64,000 bases of DNA from a virus. Under the pieces are notes generated by a model that did not search any database, was not told where the DNA came from, and saw only the letters and a program-made list of their open reading frames with translations. Below are positions 9,612 to 18,000 of this stretch, one piece after another. Where the stretch lies: positions 1-64,000 of the IMG/VR virus record IMGVR_UViG_3300050821_006672, one strand, 5' to 3'. Made by a program: the position numbers and the translations under genes. Position 1 is the stretch's first letter. Each line of letters starts with the position of its first letter.

Positions 9612-10610
9612 TTATGCGTACTTTTTTCTGGTAGGAAGGAACTCTTTCTCGACAACGTACCAGTGCTTTTCCAACACGTCATATATTTTGTCCACGTGAA
9701 GCCAGTAGTCGTTGTCCTTTAGCTTGTCCAAATCATTGATGTAGTCCTTGACCCCCGTCGCTTTGATTCCCAGACCATTGAGTCCTTTACTGAGCTTCAA
9801 CCATTCAAGGCAGGACTCGATGTCATTCACACCATAACCGAAGTCAATTCTAAACTCGGCTTCCCTGAACGGCAACGAAATTTTATTCTTATCTACCTTG
9901 GCCTTCACCTTGATGGCCACAGGACGGGTCACACCCGACCGTGTACGGGAAACACGTCCAAGCTGTGCTAAAATGATAATTTGGCTGGCATAGAAATTAA
10001 GAGCTTTGCCACCTGATCGCTCAAACTTACGTCCAAATGTAACTCCTATCTTGTCGCGTATTTGCGACACGATAAGCAAGGTCACTTTCGACTTTGCGAG
10101 CTGCCCAGTCAAGCGCCTGAACAACTGCGACATTTGCTTGGCTTTACCGGCACCGTAAGTTCCTTGATCAATATCGCGCCCCATCTCCGAACGATCTGAC
10201 AAAGCGTCAAGGGAATCCAGGATGTACAATGTCGGATGCTTTGCTTTGGCACAGCATTTTGTCAAGTCTTCGTGAAGGTCTTCCACTGTCTCCAAGGGGG
10301 CGTCGCCAAAGTCAATATAGTCAATTGGCATTCCGAGAGCCTTTGCGTAGGGCTTGTCGAAGGCTGACTCGGCTTCGCGGTATTTGACTTCGCTTTTGTA
10401 TTTCTTGATGAAGTTTGCAGCGGCTTCGATCATTAGCAATGTCTTGCCAGTGCTACTATCTCCGATGATATTGGCTATACGTTGCTCGGCCCAGCCCCCA
10501 CCGAGGGCCAGGTCGAGCAATTTGCTGCCAGACGAGAAGAAGGCAATGTTTGACTTTGGGGAGGAAAAGTAGTTCCCCCCGTTGGTTTTCGATTTGACCC
10601 GCTCAACCAC
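9612..10610 (-). CDS. recA: RecA/UvsX-like recombinase
   Basis: LDLALGGG, GDSSTGKT, ILDSL, SQIRDKIG, SGGKALNFYAS. Confidence 0.9.
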   Translation of the reverse strand: MVERVKSKTNGGNYFSSPKSNIAFFSSGSKLLDLALGGGWAEQRIANIIGDSSTGKTLLMIEAAANFIKKYKSEVKYREAESAFDKPYAKALGMPIDYIDFGDAPLETVEDLHEDLTKCCAKAKHPTLYILDSLDALSDRSEMGRDIDQGTYGAGKAKQMSQLFRRLTGQLAKSKVTLLIVSQIRDKIGVTFGRKFERSGGKALNFYASQIIILAQLGRVSRTRSGVTRPVAIKVKAKVDKNKISLPFREAEFRIDFGYGVNDIESCLEWLKLSKGLNGLGIKATGVKDYINDLDKLKDNDYWLHVDKIYDVLEKHWYVVEKEFLPTRKKYA

Positions 10611-10615
10611 GGATT

Positions 10616-11623
10616 CTACCTACGCCGTTTGGTTTTGCTGGGGCGTTCTTCTTCCTCATCATCTTCGAATGGAGGTTCTTCTTCATCTTCGTCTACGCGG
10701 CTTTTCGCGCGAGTTGTGGGCTTCTTCTTGGCTGGACGTTCATCCTCTTCTTCAACATCTTCCTCAGGCTCGTCATCCTCGTCGCGCCGACTTCGTGAGC
10801 GTTTCGGACGTTCATCTTCCTCTTCATCTTCGTCGCGTGCAGGACGTTTACGTGGCGTATTTTCCTCGTCAGCATCCTTGGTCTCGTCGGTCTCGTCGAG
10901 TTCTTCGTCCTTGTCTTCGGTAGCGCCGGTGACGACCTGTTTCAGATGCTCATAGGAGTAGAACTTGAGTTGGTCCGGGATGGGATTCTCCGTAATGAAC
11001 TCCCGGATATCCTCCAGTTTCTTGTCGTCGTCGATCAGGGGAGACGACTCGTGGTCGATCTGGAAACCGAAGTACTTGGTCTTGATGTCAGCGCCCTTCC
11101 GGGTGAAAGAGACATCATACCCTTCGTAGGGATGATCGATGAAAAGGATTTTGCCTGTGCGTTTGTTCTTGCACAGTGCCGCGATATCGCGATCGACCGT
11201 CCACGACATCGAGTATATCTGTGGGTCGGGATCGCGGTCGCCGCGATCAAGAATCCAGCAGATGAAACGCTTAGTGGGAGAGAGCTGTTTCGCGTCATCC
11301 TCTTCGCCAGCGCGTTTTGCTTCCAGTTGCGCTTCGCAGATTGGGCACGGCTTCTTCTTCATCTTGTTCAGACAAAGATAACTGCTGTTGTCGGCGCCGA
11401 CGCGGTTGTGGATGAAAATCTCGTAGCCGTAATGACGGTGATCATCCCAGGTTGGTTCGAGAAACCTGATGGTATTCTCCCCCTGCTTTGGGGACCAGGT
11501 ATCGACGTTCTGCTTGAAGATCGAGTCGAAATTGCCGCCTGACTGATTGGCGTGTTCGTCCACGTCTTTCTCGGAACGTGGAACGTATTTTCTCACGTTG
11601 GACTTTGAACTACTCTTGGCCAT
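10616..11623 (-). CDS. gp32-like single-stranded DNA-binding protein
   Basis: NTIRFL, CLNK..CPIC, EGYD motifs; long acidic tail. Confidence 0.75.
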   Translation of the reverse strand: MAKSSSKSNVRKYVPRSEKDVDEHANQSGGNFDSIFKQNVDTWSPKQGENTIRFLEPTWDDHRHYGYEIFIHNRVGADNSSYLCLNKMKKKPCPICEAQLEAKRAGEEDDAKQLSPTKRFICWILDRGDRDPDPQIYSMSWTVDRDIAALCKNKRTGKILFIDHPYEGYDVSFTRKGADIKTKYFGFQIDHESSPLIDDDKKLEDIREFITENPIPDQLKFYSYEHLKQVVTGATEDKDEELDETDETKDADEENTPRKRPARDEDEEEDERPKRSRSRRDEDDEPEEDVEEEDERPAKKKPTTRAKSRVDEDEEEPPFEDDEEEERPSKTKRRR

Positions 11624-11789
11624 TGGCTTCTCCTTGTCTTGGATTGAACTTTGTCATCTCGGATGAGATACGTCGGAAGTGGTTTAACTTGTGCTCAAAG
11701 TACATCTTACAAGCGTAATCGATCCAGATCATACCAAAGAAAAAGACGAACAAACCGCAACTTACAAACATTACCAGCCAATCAAACAT
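11610..11789 (-). CDS. small membrane protein (59 aa, absent from ORF track)
   Basis: MFDWLVMFVSCGLFVFFFGMIWIDY...; GAGG RBS; fills the gap between genes. Confidence 0.55.
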   Translation of the reverse strand: MFDWLVMFVSCGLFVFFFGMIWIDYACKMYFEHKLNHFRRISSEMTKFNPRQGEANGQE

Positions 11790-11797
11790 TTTGGTTA

Positions 11798-12301
11798 TTA
11801 CCTCTGTCTGCGCAATCGGTCCATCTCGCGGCGATTATTTTCGGCATCATGTTCTTTCATACGCGATGTCGAGCTATCCAGGTTGGCGCCAAAATACCCG
11901 GCAACGTAGAGGTCACACATGGCCTTCAGCATGTAGCTGCGTTGCATGAATGCTTCTTTGAGCGCTTGCCACTGTCCGACCTGCTTGTTGAGTTCCAGGA
12001 GTCTGTCGGTGGCTTTGATGACATCCTTGTCCCGACGCTTGTCGCTCTCGATCTGACGTTCTGTTGTCTTAGTATCCGTGACTTCGGCATCGTGACGGAG
12101 TTGCGCGTCAATACGCGCCTCGATCTCTTTCTTCTCTTGGTCGGCAGCATCGCGTTGAGAGATCAGTAGCGTGAGTTGTTTAGTTACGCGGTAAAACAGA
12201 TCAGGATGGATCACGAGCTCATCATCCAATGAGTTCTCGTCGATATGTAATCCTTTTTCCAGGTCTGCGATACTAGGTGTTGTGATTGATCTGATGGTCA
12301 T
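11798..12301 (-). CDS. UvsY-like recombination mediator
   Basis: Helical protein (LHIDENSLDDEL...EAFMQRSYML) next to SSB and RecA. Confidence 0.55.
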   Translation of the reverse strand: MTIRSITTPSIADLEKGLHIDENSLDDELVIHPDLFYRVTKQLTLLISQRDAADQEKKEIEARIDAQLRHDAEVTDTKTTERQIESDKRRDKDVIKATDRLLELNKQVGQWQALKEAFMQRSYMLKAMCDLYVAGYFGANLDSSTSRMKEHDAENNRREMDRLRRQR

Positions 12302-12615
12302 TTCTGCTCCCCTTGTATCTCGATGCAGTCAAACTCAACAATTTCCATGTCTTCCTTCTTCCGGTGATGCTGCTTTTCAGGGACGGCCCAAGTCCCCTCA
12401 TCTGTACCTTCATAGTTAATATGAGTTTCGTTCTTGAAAATCCCTTGTAGCCAGTTGGACAGGAAGGCCCGCGCTGCCTGCTTGTTGTGGAAGATGCGTG
12501 GCTCGCGTTCGTTAGAGGGTTCCAGCCAAGAGCCGCCGCGTCGCTTACCTGTTTCCAGGCGCGGGATGAATAGGCCCGTTGATTTCTGGCGGACGGCATA
12601 GACTTTCATTATCAC
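12298..12615 (-). CDS. hypothetical protein
   Basis: Coupled ORF. Confidence 0.55.
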   Translation of the reverse strand: MIMKVYAVRQKSTGLFIPRLETGKRRGGSWLEPSNEREPRIFHNKQAARAFLSNWLQGIFKNETHINYEGTDEGTWAVPEKQHHRKKEDMEIVEFDCIEIQGEQK

Positions 12616-14600
12616 CCTTCCGTAAACAGTACTCGTCCGATTGCGGTAATCAATGGTGCCAGCTTATCAGACTGATTGAAGGGCTGTGAGAATGCATCAA
12701 GAATTCCCAACGCATGACAGGCGGCACGATCGGTCTTCGCTCCTTTGGCAACGCTCGCCATGTAGTTAGCCACCACAATGCGGATTGACTCTGGGTTTTC
12801 GCCATCGAGTTGTTCGAGTAGTCCCATTGCCTTCATCCATGATCCCCCCTTGACCAGGAAGCGGCAGAGTTCGATCATGGCATCGGACTGAGAAGCAGTG
12901 TGGAGTAGTTCGCTGGCTTCTTTACGAGACCTGGCGTTTCGACACAACTCGAGGTTGACAAGGAGTTGGCGTGGCGAGCCACGGGCTTCCTTGATGATGG
13001 TATCGCCGACATCTCCAGGGAGTTCCAGGTCCTCAGCTTCGGCAACTTTGTCATACAATTTGCCAAGGTCGGTATTGGGAACATCACGCAGAGTGTAGCT
13101 GGCAGCACGGGTCTTGATTGTATCTGGCACTTTCGATGGTTCGGTTGTGCAGAAGAACCAAAAAGCATGTTCCGGGGGTTTCTCAGTGATCTTCAATAGT
13201 GACTGCCATGCATTTTTCGATAAACTGTGACAGTTGTGTACAATAACATTGGCGACGCTAAATGATGGGTGCTCTTTTATTTCTAAGTCATAGAACTCAA
13301 ATAGCGCTTCACCGTCCAGACTACCGCACGGGAATTGCCCGATATTTGTGAGTTCTTGAAGCGAAGGATGGTCCACCCCAATGACTGTAGTCGCTCGTCC
13401 TTGAGCTTGTCTATTTGGCGTTGTTGTCGAGAGTTGTGTGTTCCACCATCCACCTCGATACCCAATCGCTGCTTCGGAAAACCGATGTCGATTTTGTAAC
13501 AGGATGGCCATCCCTTTAGCCTTCGACCATGCCCAAACGTAACAACATGTTCCAACTGCCCACCAACTAAGGAGTGTAGTAACGTTTGTTCCCGAGTTGG
13601 TCCCTTGCCATTCCCACCGCGTTCGCCTGTCCATATGTGAAGCGTGCCATTGGTATCTTTCACGCGTAGCATCTTTTCTACTGTCGCTTGATTGCGCATT
13701 GGGTTGTTGTGACGCATTCGAATACTGCATCGTTTGGCAATGCCAGCCCACATCTCTGGTTTTTTGTGTTTGCTTCGAAGCACTCCCGCACGTTGATTGT
13801 TTTTTCTTTGCTGGGAGTGAGATCGTCCAACTCGTTTCAAACCACCAAGTTTGGCTCCGCATTTTCGTGAACACGTAGTTACAGGGGATGTTGGCCGCGC
13901 TCGAAAGTATTCTCCACAAATTACGCATTTTCTCTTCAAGCACTCTGGACAGAATATTGATCCACTTTTTTTGCTCGTATACCGGGTCCCACATTGACGA
14001 CAAGTGTTGTGGTATATTGGAGGCGTTAGTGGGTAACCTTTTGGCATGTAAATCCCTCGCGTTGATCCAACCGCCAAATGTCAGAAATGGATGTTCTTGC
14101 GAGGAGATTATATGATGCCCGCTTTCCAGGCGCAATCTAACAATGTGTGATAAAGGAACTAGTCGTTTGCTCACTGATGCGACAGTTTGCTCGCCGTGAG
14201 CGCCTAGTACTTTGTCTCCTGACAGGAGCTGTTCAATGGGAACATCCCCGTTAGGAGTGTTTACTAAGGTGCCTTTAACAAAGCATTCGTCCAAGATGAC
14301 GGCGCGTTTCGTTCCCTGCCCGAATGGTTTGTAACGAAGCATCTCCTGGATTGAGCGCATATCGTCAACGCCAGTACGAGATGCGGCGTCAATCTCGGTG
14401 ATGTTGGCATCGAGACATCCTGCTGTTCGCGCAGATATCCTTGCCAAAGTCGTCTTTCCACATCCCGATGGCCCACAGAAAAGGAAGGTTTGCGCTCCCC
14501 CTCTTAAGATAATGGCTTTCAATGATTTGATAATAGTTGTATGACCAATGACCTCATCAAAGGTTCTAGGTCGATACTTGTCGTGCAGTACCTCTGTCAT
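12612..14600 (-). CDS. dnaX: DnaX-like clamp loader ATPase, intein-containing
   Basis: LHDKYRPRTFDEVIG, GPSGCGKTT, EIDAAS, ILDE|C, LLKITEKPP; ATG 14600 overlaps the upstream stop. Confidence 0.9.
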   Translation of the reverse strand: MTEVLHDKYRPRTFDEVIGHTTIIKSLKAIILRGGAQTFLFCGPSGCGKTTLARISARTAGCLDANITEIDAASRTGVDDMRSIQEMLRYKPFGQGTKRAVILDECFVKGTLVNTPNGDVPIEQLLSGDKVLGAHGEQTVASVSKRLVPLSHIVRLRLESGHHIISSQEHPFLTFGGWINARDLHAKRLPTNASNIPQHLSSMWDPVYEQKKWINILSRVLEEKMRNLWRILSSAANIPCNYVFTKMRSQTWWFETSWTISLPAKKKQSTCGSASKQTQKTRDVGWHCQTMQYSNASQQPNAQSSDSRKDATRERYQWHASHMDRRTRWEWQGTNSGTNVTTLLSWWAVGTCCYVWAWSKAKGMAILLQNRHRFSEAAIGYRGGWWNTQLSTTTPNRQAQGRATTVIGVDHPSLQELTNIGQFPCGSLDGEALFEFYDLEIKEHPSFSVANVIVHNCHSLSKNAWQSLLKITEKPPEHAFWFFCTTEPSKVPDTIKTRAASYTLRDVPNTDLGKLYDKVAEAEDLELPGDVGDTIIKEARGSPRQLLVNLELCRNARSRKEASELLHTASQSDAMIELCRFLVKGGSWMKAMGLLEQLDGENPESIRIVVANYMASVAKGAKTDRAACHALGILDAFSQPFNQSDKLAPLITAIGRVLFTEG
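13233..14285 (-). mobile_element. intein (351 aa) in DnaX, directly after Walker B
   Basis: Starts CFVKGTLVNTPNG (block A), SSQEHPF (B), FYDLEI (F), ends VHN followed by Cys; splicing restores ILDECHSLS. Confidence 0.92.
13283..14047 (-). CDS. DUF559/Vsr-like endonuclease with zinc fingers, overprinted in the +1 frame inside the DnaX intein
   Basis: CRQC, CPEC, CVIC, CSRKC; YKIDIG...IEVDGGTH...DKLKDERLQSLGWTILRF; GAGGGA RBS before ATG 14047. Confidence 0.85.
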   Translation of the reverse strand: MPKGYPLTPPIYHNTCRQCGTRYTSKKSGSIFCPECLKRKCVICGEYFRARPTSPVTTCSRKCGAKLGGLKRVGRSHSQQRKNNQRAGVLRSKHKKPEMWAGIAKRCSIRMRHNNPMRNQATVEKMLRVKDTNGTLHIWTGERGGNGKGPTREQTLLHSLVGGQLEHVVTFGHGRRLKGWPSCYKIDIGFPKQRLGIEVDGGTHNSRQQRQIDKLKDERLQSLGWTILRFKNSQISGNSRAVVWTVKRYLSSMT

Positions 14601-15019
14601 TTCTTTTCCCATGGAAATACTAGCCAAGTATCTTGTTCGACTTTTACAGAGAATGTATCAATGAATTGTGTTTCCGTAGGTTTTGCGTACACCACTGCAT
14701 AATGAGCAGTAAGCACTTTTTGTACGCTTTCTATCGTTTTTCCTGTACTAATAGTGTCATCAACTACTAATACGGGACTAGGCATGAGACGGGGAAACTT
14801 GGTGATGTGAAGAAGACTGCCTCGTTGTTTGTTTTCGTCGTAGCTTTCTATGCATAGGGTTTCAATCATACGAATGTTGAGTTCGTGTGCAATTATTGTG
14901 GCTGGAACCAAGCCCCCTCGGGATACTGCAATAATTGATGCGAAGCCCCGTGGCAGTTGTTTGATGAGTGCTCTGGTGTCCTGATGAAATCGTTCCCAGG
15001 TGATGTTGATGGTATTCAT
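14597..15019 (-). CDS. gpt: xanthine/guanine phosphoribosyltransferase-like
   Basis: AVSRGGLVP, PRPP loop VVDDTISTGKT, C-terminal WLVFPWE. Confidence 0.85.
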   Translation of the reverse strand: MNTINITWERFHQDTRALIKQLPRGFASIIAVSRGGLVPATIIAHELNIRMIETLCIESYDENKQRGSLLHITKFPRLMPSPVLVVDDTISTGKTIESVQKVLTAHYAVVYAKPTETQFIDTFSVKVEQDTWLVFPWEKK

Positions 15020-18000
15020 GATCGCTTATGTCCCCAAATTTCTACGGAACTGAACTTGCCAATCTCGGTCAGGTCACACCAGTTTTCTCCAACTGAGACT
15101 TCCACCCCTAGAGGAACATTTACCCATGGGAACTCTACGCGGGTCATCTCACGTACTACAATTTCCAAGTTCTTGTCGATTTCGTGCTTGGGCCAGATGA
15201 AAGTCAAATCATCATGTATCTCCATATTGGCTTGGAAACGTAATTGTTCATATTCGGACAATCGCGCCATAGCAGAACATACAATTTTCGATTCAAGTGC
15301 TTGGATAGGGCTGTTGATTCTTTGGTTAGGTGAGATTGGTGCACGACGCCTGAAACCGGACAGTCCCGTGATGTACCCTAGTTTGTAGTACATCTTTTCT
15401 AAGTCGTCATGCCACTTTTTGATATCAGGAAACTTACTCCAGAATGTCTCTTGTAGTTTGACGCCGATGTGTTTCGGAACACCCAACCCTCCCGATACAT
15501 TTTCTGCCTGCGCGCCGAAGAACGAGGGAAATACGAACTTGTTCTTCGACTCCTGCCGGAGTTCCTTTGCAAGTTCCTTGTCTTTGAGTGATTTTCCACG
15601 CAACCATTGCGGATACATTTTGGCGAGCCGATACATCCAGTCCGAATGAATGTCATAGTTGTTCCAGAATGCATCTACCAAAGCTTTATCACATGACTCC
15701 ATAGCAACATTACGTGCTTGAATACCTGAGAAATCAACTGTGACAACACGCAAATCCCCTCCCGGCTTAACCTGCTTTCGCAACTTACGGTTAGGCCCAT
15801 GCTTTACTATGTTTTGGCTATTAGGATCATTACTACTCGTTCGCCACGTGCGAGTACTATGCGTGCTAATGTGAGGATGAACGCAGCCATCCGAGTATAA
15901 AGTATCCGAGCCCTTCTTGAAGGGAAGTATATACGTGGAATGCATCTTGTTGGCTTCGCGCCAATCCAAGACCAAGTTTACAAAAGGATGTTTGATCTGT
16001 TTGAGTTCGTTTTCATCCACGCTCTCGACGGGATGATTGAGTATCTTCTCAATGACGAACTTGACATCCTGATTGGCTGATGGTCGAAATTCTGTCTTTT
16101 TTATCCGAGCAAACTTCTTTACGACGTCGAGTTGTGTCAGGTCTTTCTCTATCTTGCTACGACGTTGCGTAAATTCCTTGTCAAACTCGTTAACGACATC
16201 CTGGTTTGCTGGAATGCCTTTCAATTGGGTGAGAACCATCGTTGGGATGCGCCGCAACTGATGCTCGTACACACCCATCAAATCTTCGTCACGCAGACGT
16301 TTACGCTGTGGGAAGTACAAGTAGCGATGGGCTTTGCTATCGAGTGCGTTGTAACGTAGGACTTGGTCTAATGGTTCCTTGTCCAGGTTGTTCTTATCGA
16401 GCTTCCCAAACAACGCTTTTACGTCCAGCCCAAAGTACTGGATGCAAAGGAACTCGAGGCTGTGGCATCCGGGGTTGCCTCCCATACGTTCATCCAGGAT
16501 GTAGGCTTGTGAAAGCGTGTCTTCCCAGGGTTGGGCGCGGAGTACCTTCCTGCCATAGAAATATGCTGACCACTCCATTTCAAAGGAGAGTGAATGTACC
16601 ACCTTCTTACAAGGAGCGGTCAGGAGAAACTCTAGCAGAGTATCTTCTACGCGTTCGATCTGACGATCAGACCAGTCACATTCTGGATGATACAAGGGAA
16701 ATGATGCGGCAACCTCATATCCCGCCATTGCCACTGTGAGTATTTTTGAGGTCTTCTTGTATGGGCGTAATCCTTTTGTTTCGTAGTCATAGCCGACGAT
16801 CTTTTCGTTATGCATCGCCTTGATGAACTTGATTGCGGCATCGGGATTTGTAATGATCTCTACGTCACGTGAGAGGTCCTCGACGGTGAAAACCTTGGGT
16901 TCGGGGAGTTTGTCAACGATGGCAAATGCATTACGCAGATCATTAGCAAATGCGAACTCGATGTCCGAGCCATAGCTGTTTTTATCCCTTGGCTCAAACT
17001 TGCGGGACCGTCCTACGTAGGACGGATGCATCATGGGGAAGAACCAGCAAATGTGATTCCCTACCTTGATGGGAACATGTCTGCCATTCCACTTGGTAAT
17101 GCCTTGCTGCTTGAGCGCCCATTGAAGGGGCACGTTTCCAAAACCGAAGATTGCTTTTGGCTTTGTCTTTTCTACGTCGGACGTAATTGATGGACGGCAG
17201 CACTCCACTTCTACCTGGGTAGGTTCACGGTTCTTGGGTGGTCGAGTGTTGCTTACGACATGATTTTCCGCTACATACCAACCTTCGTCGGTTTCTAAGT
17301 TGTATATAAATCCTTCAAAGGGTTGGGTATCAATATGAATGACATTGTCAAACTGTATAAGAGTGGGGTTAGTTTGTGTCAACTTGAAGAGCAACTCGGA
17401 ACCTCCAAGTTCTTGATTAAGAAAATCCTCCTTTCTAATGGGGTGCGAATGCGTACCCATAGAGAGTCCAGAAATATTGAAGCGGCTAAGCCCTTGTGGA
17501 GACCTCCATCCGTTAAGGAAGTCTGTGATAGGTACGTCGCCGGTGAAAGCACGGAAGAACTCGCTAAAATTTATCATGTCCGCCCGCGTACTGTAAGTAG
17601 TTTTCTCAAACGGAACGGTATTAAAATCAGAAATGTTAGTGAACAGCTGCGTGTTTGGGCAAAGCGAAATCCCAGTGTTATCGATAGGAAACGTCGCTTC
17701 GGTCAGGGTATTAGATTGGGGGCCAATCTCAGAGAGGTTTGTACTCGCGAGGCACGTGCTAGAAGACTTCAACAAACACTTTCTGTTGCCTCTGATATTG
17801 AGCTGCTGTTGATTCCCGAACTTAAGCGGAGAAGCATTCGATTTATCAGACAGTACCCAGTTGGGACTTACAACCTCGACTTCGCCTGTTCCAATATCGC
17901 CGTGGAAATTGAAGTTAGTGTCAACCATCCGTTGGCTATGCCCCACAAGAGATTGCGCTGCAAAAAGCTCATCGAGGCGGGATGGTTTGTTTTGTTCGTG

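Noticed and set aside
10629-11542. Long + strand ORFs, including a poly-Ser one, opposite the SSB gene
   Set aside because: Antisense shadows of the acidic GAA/GAC-rich gene with no motifs, unlike the intein antisense ORF.
13233-14285. Group I intron explanation for the insertions in dnaX and pol
   Set aside because: Host frames stay open and carry clear protein-splicing motifs (Cys start, block B His, terminal Asn, Cys or Thr at +1).
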